From the NCBI RefSeq assembly GCF_003418935.1, contig NZ_QVMT01000001.1, forward strand, positions 388,063-412,062: a stretch of DNA of 24,000 nt. Direction: 5' to 3'. Made by a program: the position numbers and the translations under genes. Under the pieces are notes generated by a model. It did not search any database. It was not told the DNA's origin and saw only the letters and a program-made list of their open reading frames with translations. Source of the DNA: Emticicia sp. C21. Its GTDB lineage: Bacteria > Bacteroidota > Bacteroidia > Cytophagales > Spirosomataceae. Of this stretch, positions 1 to 9,009 are shown one piece after another (positions within the stretch are counted from its first letter, which is position 1; every line of letters starts with the position of its first letter).

Positions 1-328
1 CAAATGCAACGTGATTTTGATACTTTGCAAAGAGCGTTTCTTTTGACTCATCAATATATGCCTCTCGTATCTGTATTATAAATCTCGAATTAAATTTTAA
101 AAGTTTCTGCTGGGTTTTAGATGGCTCAAAAGTGTTTAAATCAATTCGGAGCCAGATAGCGCTGTAGAGTATCTCTTTAAATTTCAGGAAATTTGTAGTA
201 AAAATAGCTTGCCCCATTCTGAACCAACCATCTTCCAGATGCGCATCTAAATCTTTTGGTTCGAGTGACGAGGGGTAATATAATTCTGCTAACATGGGTA
301 GTATTAATTCTGGCCTTAAGCTACTCAT
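1..328 (-). CDS. N-terminal part of an ATE/Bpt-like aminoacyl-tRNA--protein transferase family protein; the gene runs off the window start
   Basis: Absent from the ORF track because it is open at the window edge. Manual minus-strand translation from ATG at 328-326 gives MSSLRPELILPMLAELYYPSSLEPKDLDAHLEDGWFRMGQAIFTTNFLKFKEILYSAIWLRIDLNTFEPSKTQQKLLKFNSRFIIQIREAYIDESKETLFAKYQNHVAF, with no stop down to position 2. The G-W-F-R-x-G ... R-I-x5-F-x-x-S-K-x-Q-x-K-L-L-K ... L-F-x-K-Y pattern parallels the GFRRSG ... SRSQKRLL ... LY-RY layout I recall for bacterial Bpt/ATE proteins. The family call is from memory only. Confidence 0.45.
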   Translation of the reverse strand, partial: MSSLRPELILPMLAELYYPSSLEPKDLDAHLEDGWFRMGQAIFTTNFLKFKEILYSAIWLRIDLNTFEPSKTQQKLLKFNSRFIIQIREAYIDESKETLFAKYQNHVAF

Positions 329-580
329 AAAGCCATAAAATTCAAAAAAAAGCAATAAAATACTTACTTATAGTAAAAGTATCTGAAATTTTCCGCCACT
401 CTAAGCAATAGCTCCTGTTTTAAATTAAGATAATACAAAATTAAAGTAGAATAAACAGAATTCTAATAAGTTTTCTATTAATTTGAACATCAAAATTACC
501 TGCCACTCAAAGACCTGATAATCTGAAATTCTGATTACAAGAAAGCTTACTAATTTTTAACACTTATAAACAACAAAAAA

Positions 581-1015
581 ATGACTACCGTAAATGTTTA
601 TCTCACTTTTGAAGGCAATTGCGAAGAGGCCTTTAACTTTTATAAGTCTGTTTTTGGTGGCGAATTTTCAGGAGTAAACCGATTTAAAGATATGCCTCCG
701 CAAGAAGGGATGGAAGTACCGGAAGAAGATGGTAACAAAATAATGCATATGGCGTTACCAATCAGTGCTGAAACCGCTTTGATGGGTTCGGATGCAGTCG
801 GGGAATGGGCAGGAAAAACTGTTTTTGGTACTAATTTTAGTATCTCCATCAATACAGACACGATAGATAGAGCACAACATTTATACAATGGTCTTTCAGA
901 AGGTGGGCAGGCAACTATGCCATTGATGCCAACATTCTGGAGCCCGGGTTATGGTATGCTTACCGATAAATTCGGGATTAACTGGATGATAAGTCTGGAC
1001 CATAAGGATTCTTAA
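581..1015 (+). CDS. VOC (glyoxalase/bleomycin-resistance fold) family protein, PhnB/YjdN-like
   Basis: 144-aa ORF. The N-terminus (VYLTFEGNCEEAFNFYKSVFGG) and C-terminus (PTFWSPGYGMLTDKFGINWMI) are typical of the PhnB-like 3-demethylubiquinone methyltransferase-domain VOC family. A hairpin plus T-run terminator follows. Confidence 0.8.
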   Translation: MTTVNVYLTFEGNCEEAFNFYKSVFGGEFSGVNRFKDMPPQEGMEVPEEDGNKIMHMALPISAETALMGSDAVGEWAGKTVFGTNFSISINTDTIDRAQHLYNGLSEGGQATMPLMPTFWSPGYGMLTDKFGINWMISLDHKDS

Positions 1016-1043
1016 TAAAATTTTCAAAATAACCATATGCTAC

Positions 1044-1071
1044 TGCCGGAGATTATTCTTCGGCATTTTTT
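1044..1071 (+). terminator. Rho-independent terminator for the VOC gene
   Basis: TGCCGGAG (1044-1051) pairs with CTTCGGCA (1058-1065) with one G.U pair and a 6-nt loop. TTTTTT follows at 1066-1071. Confidence 0.65.
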
Positions 1072-1075
1072 GAGC

Positions 1076-1849
1076 TTATAACTCAAAGTATCTGGCGCTA
1101 TCCCAGTTATAATGCTCCTGATAGGGCACATAGCCTAATTGATTAGTAACAAGTTTAGTTTTACCTATTTGTATTTCAGACCTATTCCGATGACTATGCC
1201 CATATACCCAATAGTCAGGTTGGTGTTTTAATATAAACTTGTCTAAATCAGTAGCAAAGGCGGAACCTAACCGACTACCTATATGGTCAGAATGAACGCA
1301 TCGTAACGAAGGCAAATGATGACTGATTACCACTTTTTTTGTATTTTCAGACTGGGGGAGTGAAGAATCTAAAAAGTTCAAAGCCTGCTTATGTAATTCA
1401 TTATAGTGCTTAACCAGAAAAGTTTTCTTATGATACGAAATCAGACTAAAATCAGGCATGCTTCTTCTGATATAATCTTCATCTAACTGATGTATCTCTG
1501 ACCAAAGTGTTGTAAAGAAAAAAGAAACATCTTTATAATCTATCGTTTGATTATTGAGTAAAAACACATTACTTACAATCTCTTTCAGCAATGGTTTTTC
1601 TAATACACTTATATCCCAGCTTCTGTAAAACTCATGATTACCTGCAATAATAAACACTTGTTCAAACTGCTCTGATAAAGTTTTGAAAAATTGCTTTTCA
1701 ATTGGGCGAGGGTCGTCATAATATTTTGCGTTAGTAATATCTCCGGCCAATATCAGCACCTCTCCTACTGGTTCAATAGGATTTTGCAACAAATACTCTT
1801 TGTTGATTGTCATTTCCAGATGTAAATCTGAGCAGTATTGGATTTTCAT
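1076..1849 (-). CDS. Calcineurin-like metallophosphoesterase
   Basis: 257-aa ORF with the full metallophosphoesterase motif set in order: CSDLHLE (DxH), LAGDITN (GD), AGNHEF (GNHE), ISHHLP (H), YGHSH (GHxH). Confidence 0.85.
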   Translation of the reverse strand: MKIQYCSDLHLEMTINKEYLLQNPIEPVGEVLILAGDITNAKYYDDPRPIEKQFFKTLSEQFEQVFIIAGNHEFYRSWDISVLEKPLLKEIVSNVFLLNNQTIDYKDVSFFFTTLWSEIHQLDEDYIRRSMPDFSLISYHKKTFLVKHYNELHKQALNFLDSSLPQSENTKKVVISHHLPSLRCVHSDHIGSRLGSAFATDLDKFILKHQPDYWVYGHSHRNRSEIQIGKTKLVTNQLGYVPYQEHYNWDSARYFEL

Positions 1850-1874
1850 AGCTTATATTTCAAAAAATCTAATT

Positions 1875-2606
1875 TTAATCCGACTTTTTAATTCTGCTCC
1901 ATCGCTTTCCAGCAATCAAAGTAATAGCCAGAAGTAAGATTGCATTAATAATCTGTATTCCTACCAACATCAAACTACTTATTTTTCCTTTTAAAAAAGC
2001 AACCATAGAGCCTATGAGAACAGCGTGCGAAAGAACGCCCAAAATAATCAAAAATACCATTGCGCTATATGTTAACTTATTCTTTCCAAAGCTGGCATAT
2101 CCTACCCAGACAGATAGTGGCAAAAATATAGTCATAGCGGTTAAAGCACCAGGCTCATAGCCTAAGCCTTTAAGCATAGGTAAAACATGGATTAGGCCAT
2201 TAATAAAAATAATACTATAAATAGCCAATCCTGCTAAAGGGTAGCTGCGGCTAAGCAACGCTCCCAAAGGAGCAATAACCCAGAATAAAGTAATATTTAC
2301 AGCCAGATAAAATGCAGGCGGAACTTTGCATTCTCCAATACCCAAGGCGCTTGCAATGGTATCACAAAATTGTTCCGGAAAGGCATGTGTATGCCCATAT
2401 AAATCTATTCCATATTCTTCAACATTATGTATCAGATAAGCTGTAACACCTAACCATGAAAGCCACGTAATATCTTTCCACTTTGAAATTTGCTGATTGC
2501 TGCGAAGTAAGCGGGTTCCGAAGAGAAGCATAAGCATAATGACTGCTCCTACTACCCCTATCCAGGGAAAATTCAGGTCAAACCAATTGTAGTTGTTTGG
2601 TTGCAT
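1875..2606 (-). CDS. HXXEE domain-containing integral membrane protein
   Basis: 243-aa ORF with several hydrophobic helices and the family-defining HNVEEYG motif. It lies 25 nt upstream of, and co-directional with, the metallophosphoesterase gene. Confidence 0.75.
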   Translation of the reverse strand: MQPNNYNWFDLNFPWIGVVGAVIMLMLLFGTRLLRSNQQISKWKDITWLSWLGVTAYLIHNVEEYGIDLYGHTHAFPEQFCDTIASALGIGECKVPPAFYLAVNITLFWVIAPLGALLSRSYPLAGLAIYSIIFINGLIHVLPMLKGLGYEPGALTAMTIFLPLSVWVGYASFGKNKLTYSAMVFLIILGVLSHAVLIGSMVAFLKGKISSLMLVGIQIINAILLLAITLIAGKRWSRIKKSD

Positions 2607-2868
2607 TTTAATTGAGTTTTATCTCCTTGAGCAAATTTAAATGAAGTTTACTGATTATTTAATTAAAGCAATTTCAGTTTCACTCATTTAATCACCTCCA
2701 ATAAAGATGGTTTGAAAAACTTGTTCTTTAGTTAAATCAATACGCTTTTTGAAATTTAACTGTAAATATCCTTTGCAAAATCAATTATAGAAAAGAAAAT
2801 TTGAACCATCTTTGTGTATGGAATTTTATTAGATTATTTATTTAAAAAATTAGAAAAAGGATATTCTT

Positions 2869-5037
2869 ATGCGTACAAAAGTAGTCTCTTTGTTTATGGC
2901 GTTGATTTTTATGTCGGTTCTATGCGGTTTTGTAATATCTCACTCATCCGATGTAAAGAAACAGGAAATTAAGGTAGAGGGTAAGATTATTTACAACAAG
3001 AAAAAACATAGCATCACGATATCATGGCCAGCTTTCGGTTCTTCGGGAAATTATGTAATCACGAGAGGAGGGAGTCGTTTAGCATCAGATTTTGTGTCGG
3101 TAGGTTCTACTTCAAAACTGACATTTACAGATAAAAAGCCCAATAAAGACAAGTACGAAAACTATTATAAAATTACTCGTAATGACATAACAATCGTAGT
3201 TTCATTAGAGAATCAGATTTTTGGCGATAATGTGTATTTTTACGATAGAAAATATGAAAAAGCAGAAACTGCACGAAACGAAATTAATGCCCACTTTGCT
3301 ACCACCGGTCTGGCAGGAGCCAATGGTGAGTGGACGGTAAAACGTCAGGCTTATTATTTTAAAGCAAATGTTGATGGACAAACTTACGATTCGGGTGGGT
3401 TAGGTTCTGCCTCAGCGGCAGAGGCTAACTCGATAGAACTAGGGTTCTATTCTCATATTGGTGGTTTAGGCAAAACACCTACTTCTGTTAAATTAGGTTC
3501 AGTATTTACCAGACCTCATCTTTCTGGTGGAGCCAATGCTACTTGTACATTCTGGCGTTCGATGGAAAATGTGACCGTGATGCGGGATTTTGCCTGGACA
3601 GTTTCTCAATCGACCAGTGCACGAAGAATGCAGATTGAAAGCACGTCAAAATACATTTCGGATGTTGGGAGTAATAATTTCTGGGGTAGTGGTGGTTTTA
3701 TTGCTGACTCCCGTTACACCACAACCAGACCCAATTGGGGTGGTCAACAACAATGGTATACCAGAAATACTGTTTTTCCAGCAGGCTCGGGAACTATGGG
3801 AGGTTCGTATAATATGGTCTGGCAAGGTTGCGTCAATGCTCCACAGGCGAATGATGCCAACTCCCCCATTGCTACTACACCAATCATCAGAGAAAAACCT
3901 TTTCTTTTTATAGATAAAGATGGCGAATACAAGGTATTTGTTCCTGCATGGAAAAAAGACAGAGTAGGAATTTCGTGGTCAGAGACAGATATGGGTCAAG
4001 GCAAAATTCAGGATTTGGTTACTGACTGGTATGTGGCCAAGGAAGGCGACACTGATGTAGAAATCAATAATGCCTTGAAAGCCGGCAAAAATATATTCTT
4101 CACGCCTGGTCATTACGCATTGAATGCACCTATTCAGGTGAATAGAAAAGATGCCATATTGCTGGGTGCGGGAATAGCTTCGGTAACACTGGAGCCTACT
4201 GAGAAAAATACCTGGGGATGTATCTATGTTGACGATAAGGACGGAATTATTGTTGCCGGACTTCTGATGGATTCGTTCAATAGCACAACTTATCAGATCA
4301 GAGTTGGTAACGAAGATGCCAATGCTAACCATTCTGCCGATCCCATTCTGCTTACTGATATCACTTGCAGAGTAGGTGGCGTACAATCAAAGAATATTCA
4401 GATACATACTTCTATGCAAATTAACAGCAACTATGTGGTGGGCGACCACTTCTGGTTGTGGCGTGCTGACCATGGCTCGCAACGTGGCGGAAATTTACGT
4501 TGGACAAGGGATAGATGTAAAAACGGACTTACAGTGACCGGCGATGATGTGACGCTTTATGGCCTGTTTGCCGAACACTATCAGGAATATGAAGTATTAT
4601 GGTTAGGAGAAAGAGGCAGAACCTATTTCTTACAAAACGAACCACCCTATGATGCGCCAAATCAGGCAAGCTGGAGTAGTCAGGGGGGTAGAGTTGATGG
4701 TTATGCCGCATATAAGGTAGCTAATACGGTAAAAGAGCATCAGGGCATCGGTATGGGTTCTTATGCAGTTCTTACGGGGACAGATGGTAAAGTGAATAAG
4801 AGTAATGGTTTTGAAATACCTAATAGCCCGAATGTAAAACTCGAAAAAATGTGTATAACCCGTTTTGCTGGTCCGGGTCAAATCCAGAATGTGATTAATG
4901 GCACTGGTGGCAGCACAGCAACTGGCGTAAAACGTGTGGCTTTATACAACAATGGTGAGGGTAAACAACCTTATGACGAAACATTCGAATTGCCTAATCG
5001 TGAGTCTTATCCTGCTTATATTGTGATGGAGAAGTAA
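2869..5037 (+). CDS. Secreted protein with a small N-terminal FN3/Ig-like module and a right-handed beta-helix (pectate-lyase-3-like) region; putative glycoside hydrolase of uncertain family
   Basis: 722-aa ORF with a hydrophobic N-terminal signal (VVSLFMALIFMSVLCGFV). Residues 30-110 have a beta-sandwich-like pattern (ITISWPAFGSSGNYVITRGG). The segment DTDVEINNALKAGKNIFFTPGHYALNAPIQVNRKDAILLGAG resembles the pectate_lyase_3 opening motif. I recall the motifs GSGGFIADS, GGQQQWYTRN and HFWLWRADHG from uncharacterised beta-helix proteins often misannotated as coagulation factor 5/8 or adenylyl cyclase. CDS confidence is high, but family confidence is modest. Confidence 0.6.
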   Translation: MRTKVVSLFMALIFMSVLCGFVISHSSDVKKQEIKVEGKIIYNKKKHSITISWPAFGSSGNYVITRGGSRLASDFVSVGSTSKLTFTDKKPNKDKYENYYKITRNDITIVVSLENQIFGDNVYFYDRKYEKAETARNEINAHFATTGLAGANGEWTVKRQAYYFKANVDGQTYDSGGLGSASAAEANSIELGFYSHIGGLGKTPTSVKLGSVFTRPHLSGGANATCTFWRSMENVTVMRDFAWTVSQSTSARRMQIESTSKYISDVGSNNFWGSGGFIADSRYTTTRPNWGGQQQWYTRNTVFPAGSGTMGGSYNMVWQGCVNAPQANDANSPIATTPIIREKPFLFIDKDGEYKVFVPAWKKDRVGISWSETDMGQGKIQDLVTDWYVAKEGDTDVEINNALKAGKNIFFTPGHYALNAPIQVNRKDAILLGAGIASVTLEPTEKNTWGCIYVDDKDGIIVAGLLMDSFNSTTYQIRVGNEDANANHSADPILLTDITCRVGGVQSKNIQIHTSMQINSNYVVGDHFWLWRADHGSQRGGNLRWTRDRCKNGLTVTGDDVTLYGLFAEHYQEYEVLWLGERGRTYFLQNEPPYDAPNQASWSSQGGRVDGYAAYKVANTVKEHQGIGMGSYAVLTGTDGKVNKSNGFEIPNSPNVKLEKMCITRFAGPGQIQNVINGTGGSTATGVKRVALYNNGEGKQPYDETFELPNRESYPAYIVMEK

Positions 5038-5060
5038 AAAAGTGAGGATAGAAATCTTTT

Positions 5061-5098
5061 AAAAGACTCTAAGGATCGATTGGCCCTCAGAGTCTTTT
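5061..5098. terminator. Bidirectional hairpin terminator between convergent genes
   Basis: AAAAGACTCT (5061-5070) is the exact reverse complement of AGAGTCTTTT (5089-5098). It is flanked by an A-run on the left and TTTTTATTTTT on the right, and sits between the stop at 5037 (+) and the stop at 5140 (-). Confidence 0.7.
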
Positions 5099-5139
5099 TA
5101 TTTTTCGAAACTGTAGTTAATACTTGATTTTAACTCATT

Positions 5140-7548
5140 TCAAAGCACATCATCATTATTTATTCCTTTTTTCTTCGAAACATTTTCTTTTAACTTACCA
5201 AAATTCCAGACGATGCCTATCCTGAAATTCCGGGCCTGAAATGAATTTAGATTTTCTGAACGGAAATTGATATCCTTTTGAATGGTTCTTACCGTCACAT
5301 ATTTTGTAATAAATCTGGCTGCGGCAAGGGTAATGGTGATTTTATCCTTAAAAAGTTTATATGATGGGGTAATATTATAAAACCATTGGCTTGATGTATA
5401 CCCCTGTAAACCAATAGGTGGTTTGAAATTTCCGACGAAAGTAGAAATAGTAAATTTCGGGTTTACCTTAAAATTATTTGAAACTCCGATGAAGCCCGTC
5501 AGTCCACTGTTCTGCTGAGCCAAATCAGAACTATTCTTTATATAAGTATAATTCAGATTAGAATTGACAGACATATTCCAGACTTTACTAAAATTAGCTG
5601 TGATATTTCCATTCAGACTTATCTGTGATTCTTTTCCAAGATTTTCGTTAGTGGTTGTTGATACGCCCGTTTCTTTATTAAAATTGATTATCTGAATTAT
5701 CTTATTGTTACTATAGCTGCCCCCTAATGTAAGCCCTGCAAATACCTTTCCTTTGGCAAAGTTATTCTGAAGTGTCAGGTTATGAATCAATTGTGGTCTA
5801 AGAGCAGGGTTGCCATAACTAATATTCAGCGTATCATTATTATTAATGAATGGGTTCAGACTATTAATAAACGGGCGTTGTATCCGTTGTCCATAGCTTA
5901 AAACCATTTTGTATTCTTTCGTAATCTGTGTTGAGGTCTGAATATTCGGTATCAGATTGGTATAGCTTTGCCTGACAGCTGTTTCAGTACCATTAAAGTT
6001 TCCATCTACTTCTGTATGTTCCATCCTGAGACCAATACGAAACGGAAACTTTTTTAGGGCGAAATTATAGCTGCCATATGCACTATATACCTGTTGCAGA
6101 TAATTGAAGTTGTTGGTATTGGCTGGTAATATCATGTATTCTTCTGTTGGGCTTGTTTTTATTAAACTTTCATAATCAGAAGTTGCATTTCTCAGAATGA
6201 ACTTTAAGCCCGTTTCTATTTTTTGCTTCCGTTTCATGGGCAGTATATAATCAGTCTGTAGAGTTGTCTGGGTGTTGTGTGCATAATTATTGTTAATAAT
6301 GTACCTATCAGTTTCAGTATTATCCTGATAACTGTCCAGAAAACGGTCATTCTTTGAATATTCGGTGAAAAGTCTTATTGAAAATTCTTTTTCGGGGATG
6401 TCTTTGAATTTTTTGATGAAATCTGAACCAACATTATAATTAGGACTATTGGTATTATTTTGCAGCGTGAGAAAACTGGTGGTAGTAGTAGTAGGAAATA
6501 TAGTATGGATGCTTGTAGTGGTTGAGAGATTATTGAACCCACCTGTAACTGAACCATATATACTTATTGTTTTGTACTTATCTAAATCGTAGCTGATTTC
6601 TGCATTGCCGAAATTCTGAAACAATTGCTGGATAGTAATACCATTTAAAATTCTACTGCTGTAAGTCTGAGAATTAATCGCGTCAGTTCTTGAATCTGCG
6701 AAAAATGGTGGGGCCTGGTTGCCCAACAAGCCTATGGCATTATAGAAATAATTAAGCGATACGCCTACCTTGCCTTTTTTTAGATTAAAACTCAAATTAC
6801 CAAAAGTATTATGAATCGAACTCAAGGTGAGCGATGCATTTCCGTTATAGCCAATGATTTGTTTCTGGGTTACGATGTTAAGGACACCCCCTACTCCTTC
6901 TGCATCATATTTTGCTGAAGGGTTGGTTATTACTTCAATTTTTACAATGCTGGCGCCGGGAAAGCTTTTCAAGGCTTGCGAAACATTTTGCGAAAACATA
7001 CCTGTTTCTCTGCCATTTAGTAAAATTCTAAAGTTCGACTGCCCATTGACAGTTATATTATCGTTCCCATCAACCGAAACAAATGGGGTCTTCCGTAAGA
7101 TGTCTAAAGCGTTTTCAGTTTTTGTTGAGGGGTCGGCATCGGTATTGAAAATAATTTTATCATCCGTTTGCTCAATCAAAGGTTTTCTTGCAGTTACAGT
7201 TACGGCTCCCAGAGATTTTGTTGTTGAAACTAAGAAAATTGTCTGCAGGTCTCTGGATTCATTATTTCTGATAGTCACCGGAATTCTTTTGTCGGCATAG
7301 CCAATAAATGTGCAAAGAATGGTGAAAGAACCCGTATCAGTCGGAATAGAAAATTTCCCCGTTTCATCAGTGAAAGTAGCTTTGACAGGCTGGCTAGCAT
7401 TGTTCTTAAAAAGACTGATAGTGGCAAAAGGCAATGGATTATTGGTGGTACTGTCTCTGAGTATACCGTTGATGGTGGACGTTTGAGAAAAGGCAAATAA
7501 GGGTACGGCAAAAAACAAACCTAGTAAAAGGCAATTTAAACTTTTCAT
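5140..7548 (-). CDS. Outer-membrane beta-barrel family protein (CarboxypepD_reg N-domain, plug-like region and OMP_b-brl_3-type barrel; TonB-dependent-receptor-like)
   Basis: 802-aa ORF with a signal peptide (LLLGLFFAVPLFAFSQ). It has a CarboxypepD_reg pattern (INGILRDSTTNNPLPFATISL...TDETGKFSI...GYADK) and a plug-like segment (ALDILRKTPFVSVDGNDNITVNG). The rest is long, Y/N/S/T-rich with alternating beta-strand periodicity, ending in ...RIGIVWNFGK. Confidence 0.85.
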   Translation of the reverse strand: MKSLNCLLLGLFFAVPLFAFSQTSTINGILRDSTTNNPLPFATISLFKNNASQPVKATFTDETGKFSIPTDTGSFTILCTFIGYADKRIPVTIRNNESRDLQTIFLVSTTKSLGAVTVTARKPLIEQTDDKIIFNTDADPSTKTENALDILRKTPFVSVDGNDNITVNGQSNFRILLNGRETGMFSQNVSQALKSFPGASIVKIEVITNPSAKYDAEGVGGVLNIVTQKQIIGYNGNASLTLSSIHNTFGNLSFNLKKGKVGVSLNYFYNAIGLLGNQAPPFFADSRTDAINSQTYSSRILNGITIQQLFQNFGNAEISYDLDKYKTISIYGSVTGGFNNLSTTTSIHTIFPTTTTTSFLTLQNNTNSPNYNVGSDFIKKFKDIPEKEFSIRLFTEYSKNDRFLDSYQDNTETDRYIINNNYAHNTQTTLQTDYILPMKRKQKIETGLKFILRNATSDYESLIKTSPTEEYMILPANTNNFNYLQQVYSAYGSYNFALKKFPFRIGLRMEHTEVDGNFNGTETAVRQSYTNLIPNIQTSTQITKEYKMVLSYGQRIQRPFINSLNPFINNNDTLNISYGNPALRPQLIHNLTLQNNFAKGKVFAGLTLGGSYSNNKIIQIINFNKETGVSTTTNENLGKESQISLNGNITANFSKVWNMSVNSNLNYTYIKNSSDLAQQNSGLTGFIGVSNNFKVNPKFTISTFVGNFKPPIGLQGYTSSQWFYNITPSYKLFKDKITITLAAARFITKYVTVRTIQKDINFRSENLNSFQARNFRIGIVWNFGKLKENVSKKKGINNDDVL

Positions 7549-7936
7549 AAATTTACTTGTGAGTTAAAAGTTATAGCTTCTTTTTCATTCACAAATATTG
7601 ATGAAACACCTTAAATCAGGGTATGCAAAAGCTTGTCAAGTTCTTTCAAAGTTGTGCAAGTTGGTGAATTGCTATCAAACCGCCATTTTATACGTGTTTT
7701 ATAAAGAGTAAAATCTTTTCTGATATTTTGGCTAGTTTAAGGTCTAATGCAATAAATATAATCTTTCAAGCTTCCTTATCATTTTTTATTTTTATATTAC
7801 AAACATTAGGCGACCAAAACAATAATGTTTTGGCGCAAACTACCCTTACTATTGTCGCTTCTGCACAGCGCAGAATCCTGAAATACTTTCCACCTTTGTA
7901 TTGTCATTAATAATTAAACTAAACCCTGGCAAGTTT

Positions 7937-8808
7937 ATGGAAAATTTATTCAATGCAACGAATCTTATTCATTTGCTCTTAATCACAATCATTATGTCTG
8001 CAGCATCTTCATCTCATGCACAACAAATCAAACCTACTCTTAGTGGCTACGCACCGGCTAATGGTACCAAAGTTTATTATGAAGTATACGGCGAAGGCAA
8101 GCCTGTTATTTTACTACACGGCGCCTACTATACCATTGGGTTGAATTGGGAGAGTTAATTCCCGAATTGGCAAAAACGAGAAAAGTAATTGCTTTAGAAT
8201 TGCAAGGACATGGGCACACTCCCTATTCAGATAGAAAATTATCAAGGGTCACTTTAGCCAGTGATGTGGAGAAAGTAATGGATTACCTGAAAATTGACAG
8301 CGCTGATATAGCCGGATATAGTTTTGGAGGTCAGGTAGCCTACCAGTTTGCGATACAAAGTCCTGAACGATTGAGAAAACTGGTGATTATTTCCTCTGTT
8401 TATAAAAGTGAAGGCTGGCTACCCGAAATAAACGATGTGTTTAAAATAATGAAGCCAGAACTTTTTGCGGATTCACCGCTACAGGTCGCCTACGATGCAG
8501 TAGCACCTGATAAAACGAAATGGAACAAGTTCCTGGAACAAATGATTGCCTCGGCCGGAGAACCATTTAATATGGGTGATGACAATATAGCGAAAATCAC
8601 TGCACCGGTATTAATCATATCAGGCGACAATGATGGTATGGATAAAGTCGAATTGGCAAAAACCTATCAATTGTTGGGAGGTGGTATTGCTGCCGGTTTT
8701 AAACCAATGCCAAAATCACAACTGGCTATTGTTCCCAATCAAGACCATGTTGGCTTGATGACACAGACAAAAACGATATTTGGTTATTTGGATAGTTTTT
8801 TACAGTGA
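7937..8808 (+). pseudogene. Secreted alpha/beta-hydrolase interrupted by a single -1 frameshift (real pseudogene or homopolymer sequencing error)
   Basis: Track ORFs 7901..8158 and 8146..8808 are two halves of one alpha/beta hydrolase. The likely true start is ATG 7937 (MENLFNATNLIHLLLITIIMSAASSSHAQQ signal). The first half ends ...PVILLHGAYYTIGLNWES*. The second begins (L)GELIPELAKTRKVIALELQGHGHT. One extra G in the GGG run at 8148-8150 would restore ...GLNWGELIPE.... The nucleophile elbow GYSFGG, Asp (SGDNDG) and His (NQDHVG) are all intact. Confidence 0.75.
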
Positions 8809-8849
8809 GCAACCTAACTAGATTTTGTCCATTCGATTTTTCCAAAAAC

Positions 8850-8879
8850 AAAAAAAGCACTCATTTCTGAGTGCTTTTT
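8850..8879. terminator. Hairpin terminator, unit 1 of 3; serves the convergent hydrolase gene (+) and the distal tRNA-like copy (-)
   Basis: AAAAAAAGCACTCA-TTTC-TGAGTGCTTTTT. The perfect 7-bp GC-containing stem is extendable through A/T pairs and flanked by A-run and T-run. Confidence 0.7.
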
Positions 8880-8880
8880 G

Positions 8881-8967
8881 CGGTCCGGACGGGGCTCGAA
8901 GCGAAACGTCGCACCGTCCGCAACCCACTGCGTGACAGGCACGTATTCTAACCAATTGAATCAAAAT
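8881..8967 (-). pseudogene. tRNA-Asp-derived element, copy 1 (5' acceptor strand lost, 17-nt block in T arm)
   Basis: The reverse complement reads ...TTCAATTGGTTAGAATACGTGCCTGTCACGCAGTGGGTTGCGG[ACGGTGCGACGTTTCGC]TTCGAGCCCCGTCCGGACCG. The anticodon loop CTGTCAC (GTC) and the 3' end match the intact gene. The 5' acceptor strand is unrecognisable and the T stem is disrupted. Confidence 0.7.
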
Positions 8968-8978
8968 CCCTTAAATGC

Positions 8979-9008
8979 AAAAAAAGCACTCAATATTGAG
9001 TGCTTTTT
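8979..9008 (-). terminator. Hairpin terminator, unit 2 of 3
   Basis: AAAAAAAGCACTCA-ATAT-TGAGTGCTTTTT. The stem is identical to units 1 and 3 and only the loop differs. Confidence 0.6.
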
Positions 9009-9009
9009 G

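Noticed and set aside
2730-2761. 8-bp inverted repeat AGTTAAAT-N16-ATTTAACT upstream of the beta-helix gene, as a possible operator.
   Set aside because: It is purely A/T, and in an AT-rich spacer a match like this is roughly expected by chance. It cannot be supported without comparative data.
3590-4881. Alternative-frame and antisense ORFs inside the beta-helix gene (3590..3913, 3744..3932, 3979..4386, 4529..4711, 4630..4881).
   Set aside because: They lie entirely within a 722-aa ORF with coherent domain content. Their translations are low-complexity or hydrophobic with no recognisable motifs, so they are shadow ORFs.
6375-7511. ORFs 6375..6557, 6854..7300 and 7275..7511 overlapping the outer-membrane barrel gene.
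   Set aside because: They are shadow or alternative-frame ORFs within a well-supported 802-aa gene.
7809-7819. The 11-mer GGCGACCAAAA is shared between the 7549-7936 spacer and the dnaX upstream region (16538-16548). GTGCAAGTT also occurs in both.
   Set aside because: Many 11-mer coincidences are expected by chance in a 24-kb two-strand comparison. Context and spacing differ between the two sites.
7728-7910. 60-aa ORF in the long intergenic region, and the TTG-initiated extension 7901-7936 of the hydrolase ORF.
   Set aside because: The start is non-ATG, the peptide is featureless, and there is no upstream promoter-like box. The hydrolase signal peptide starts cleanly at ATG 7937.
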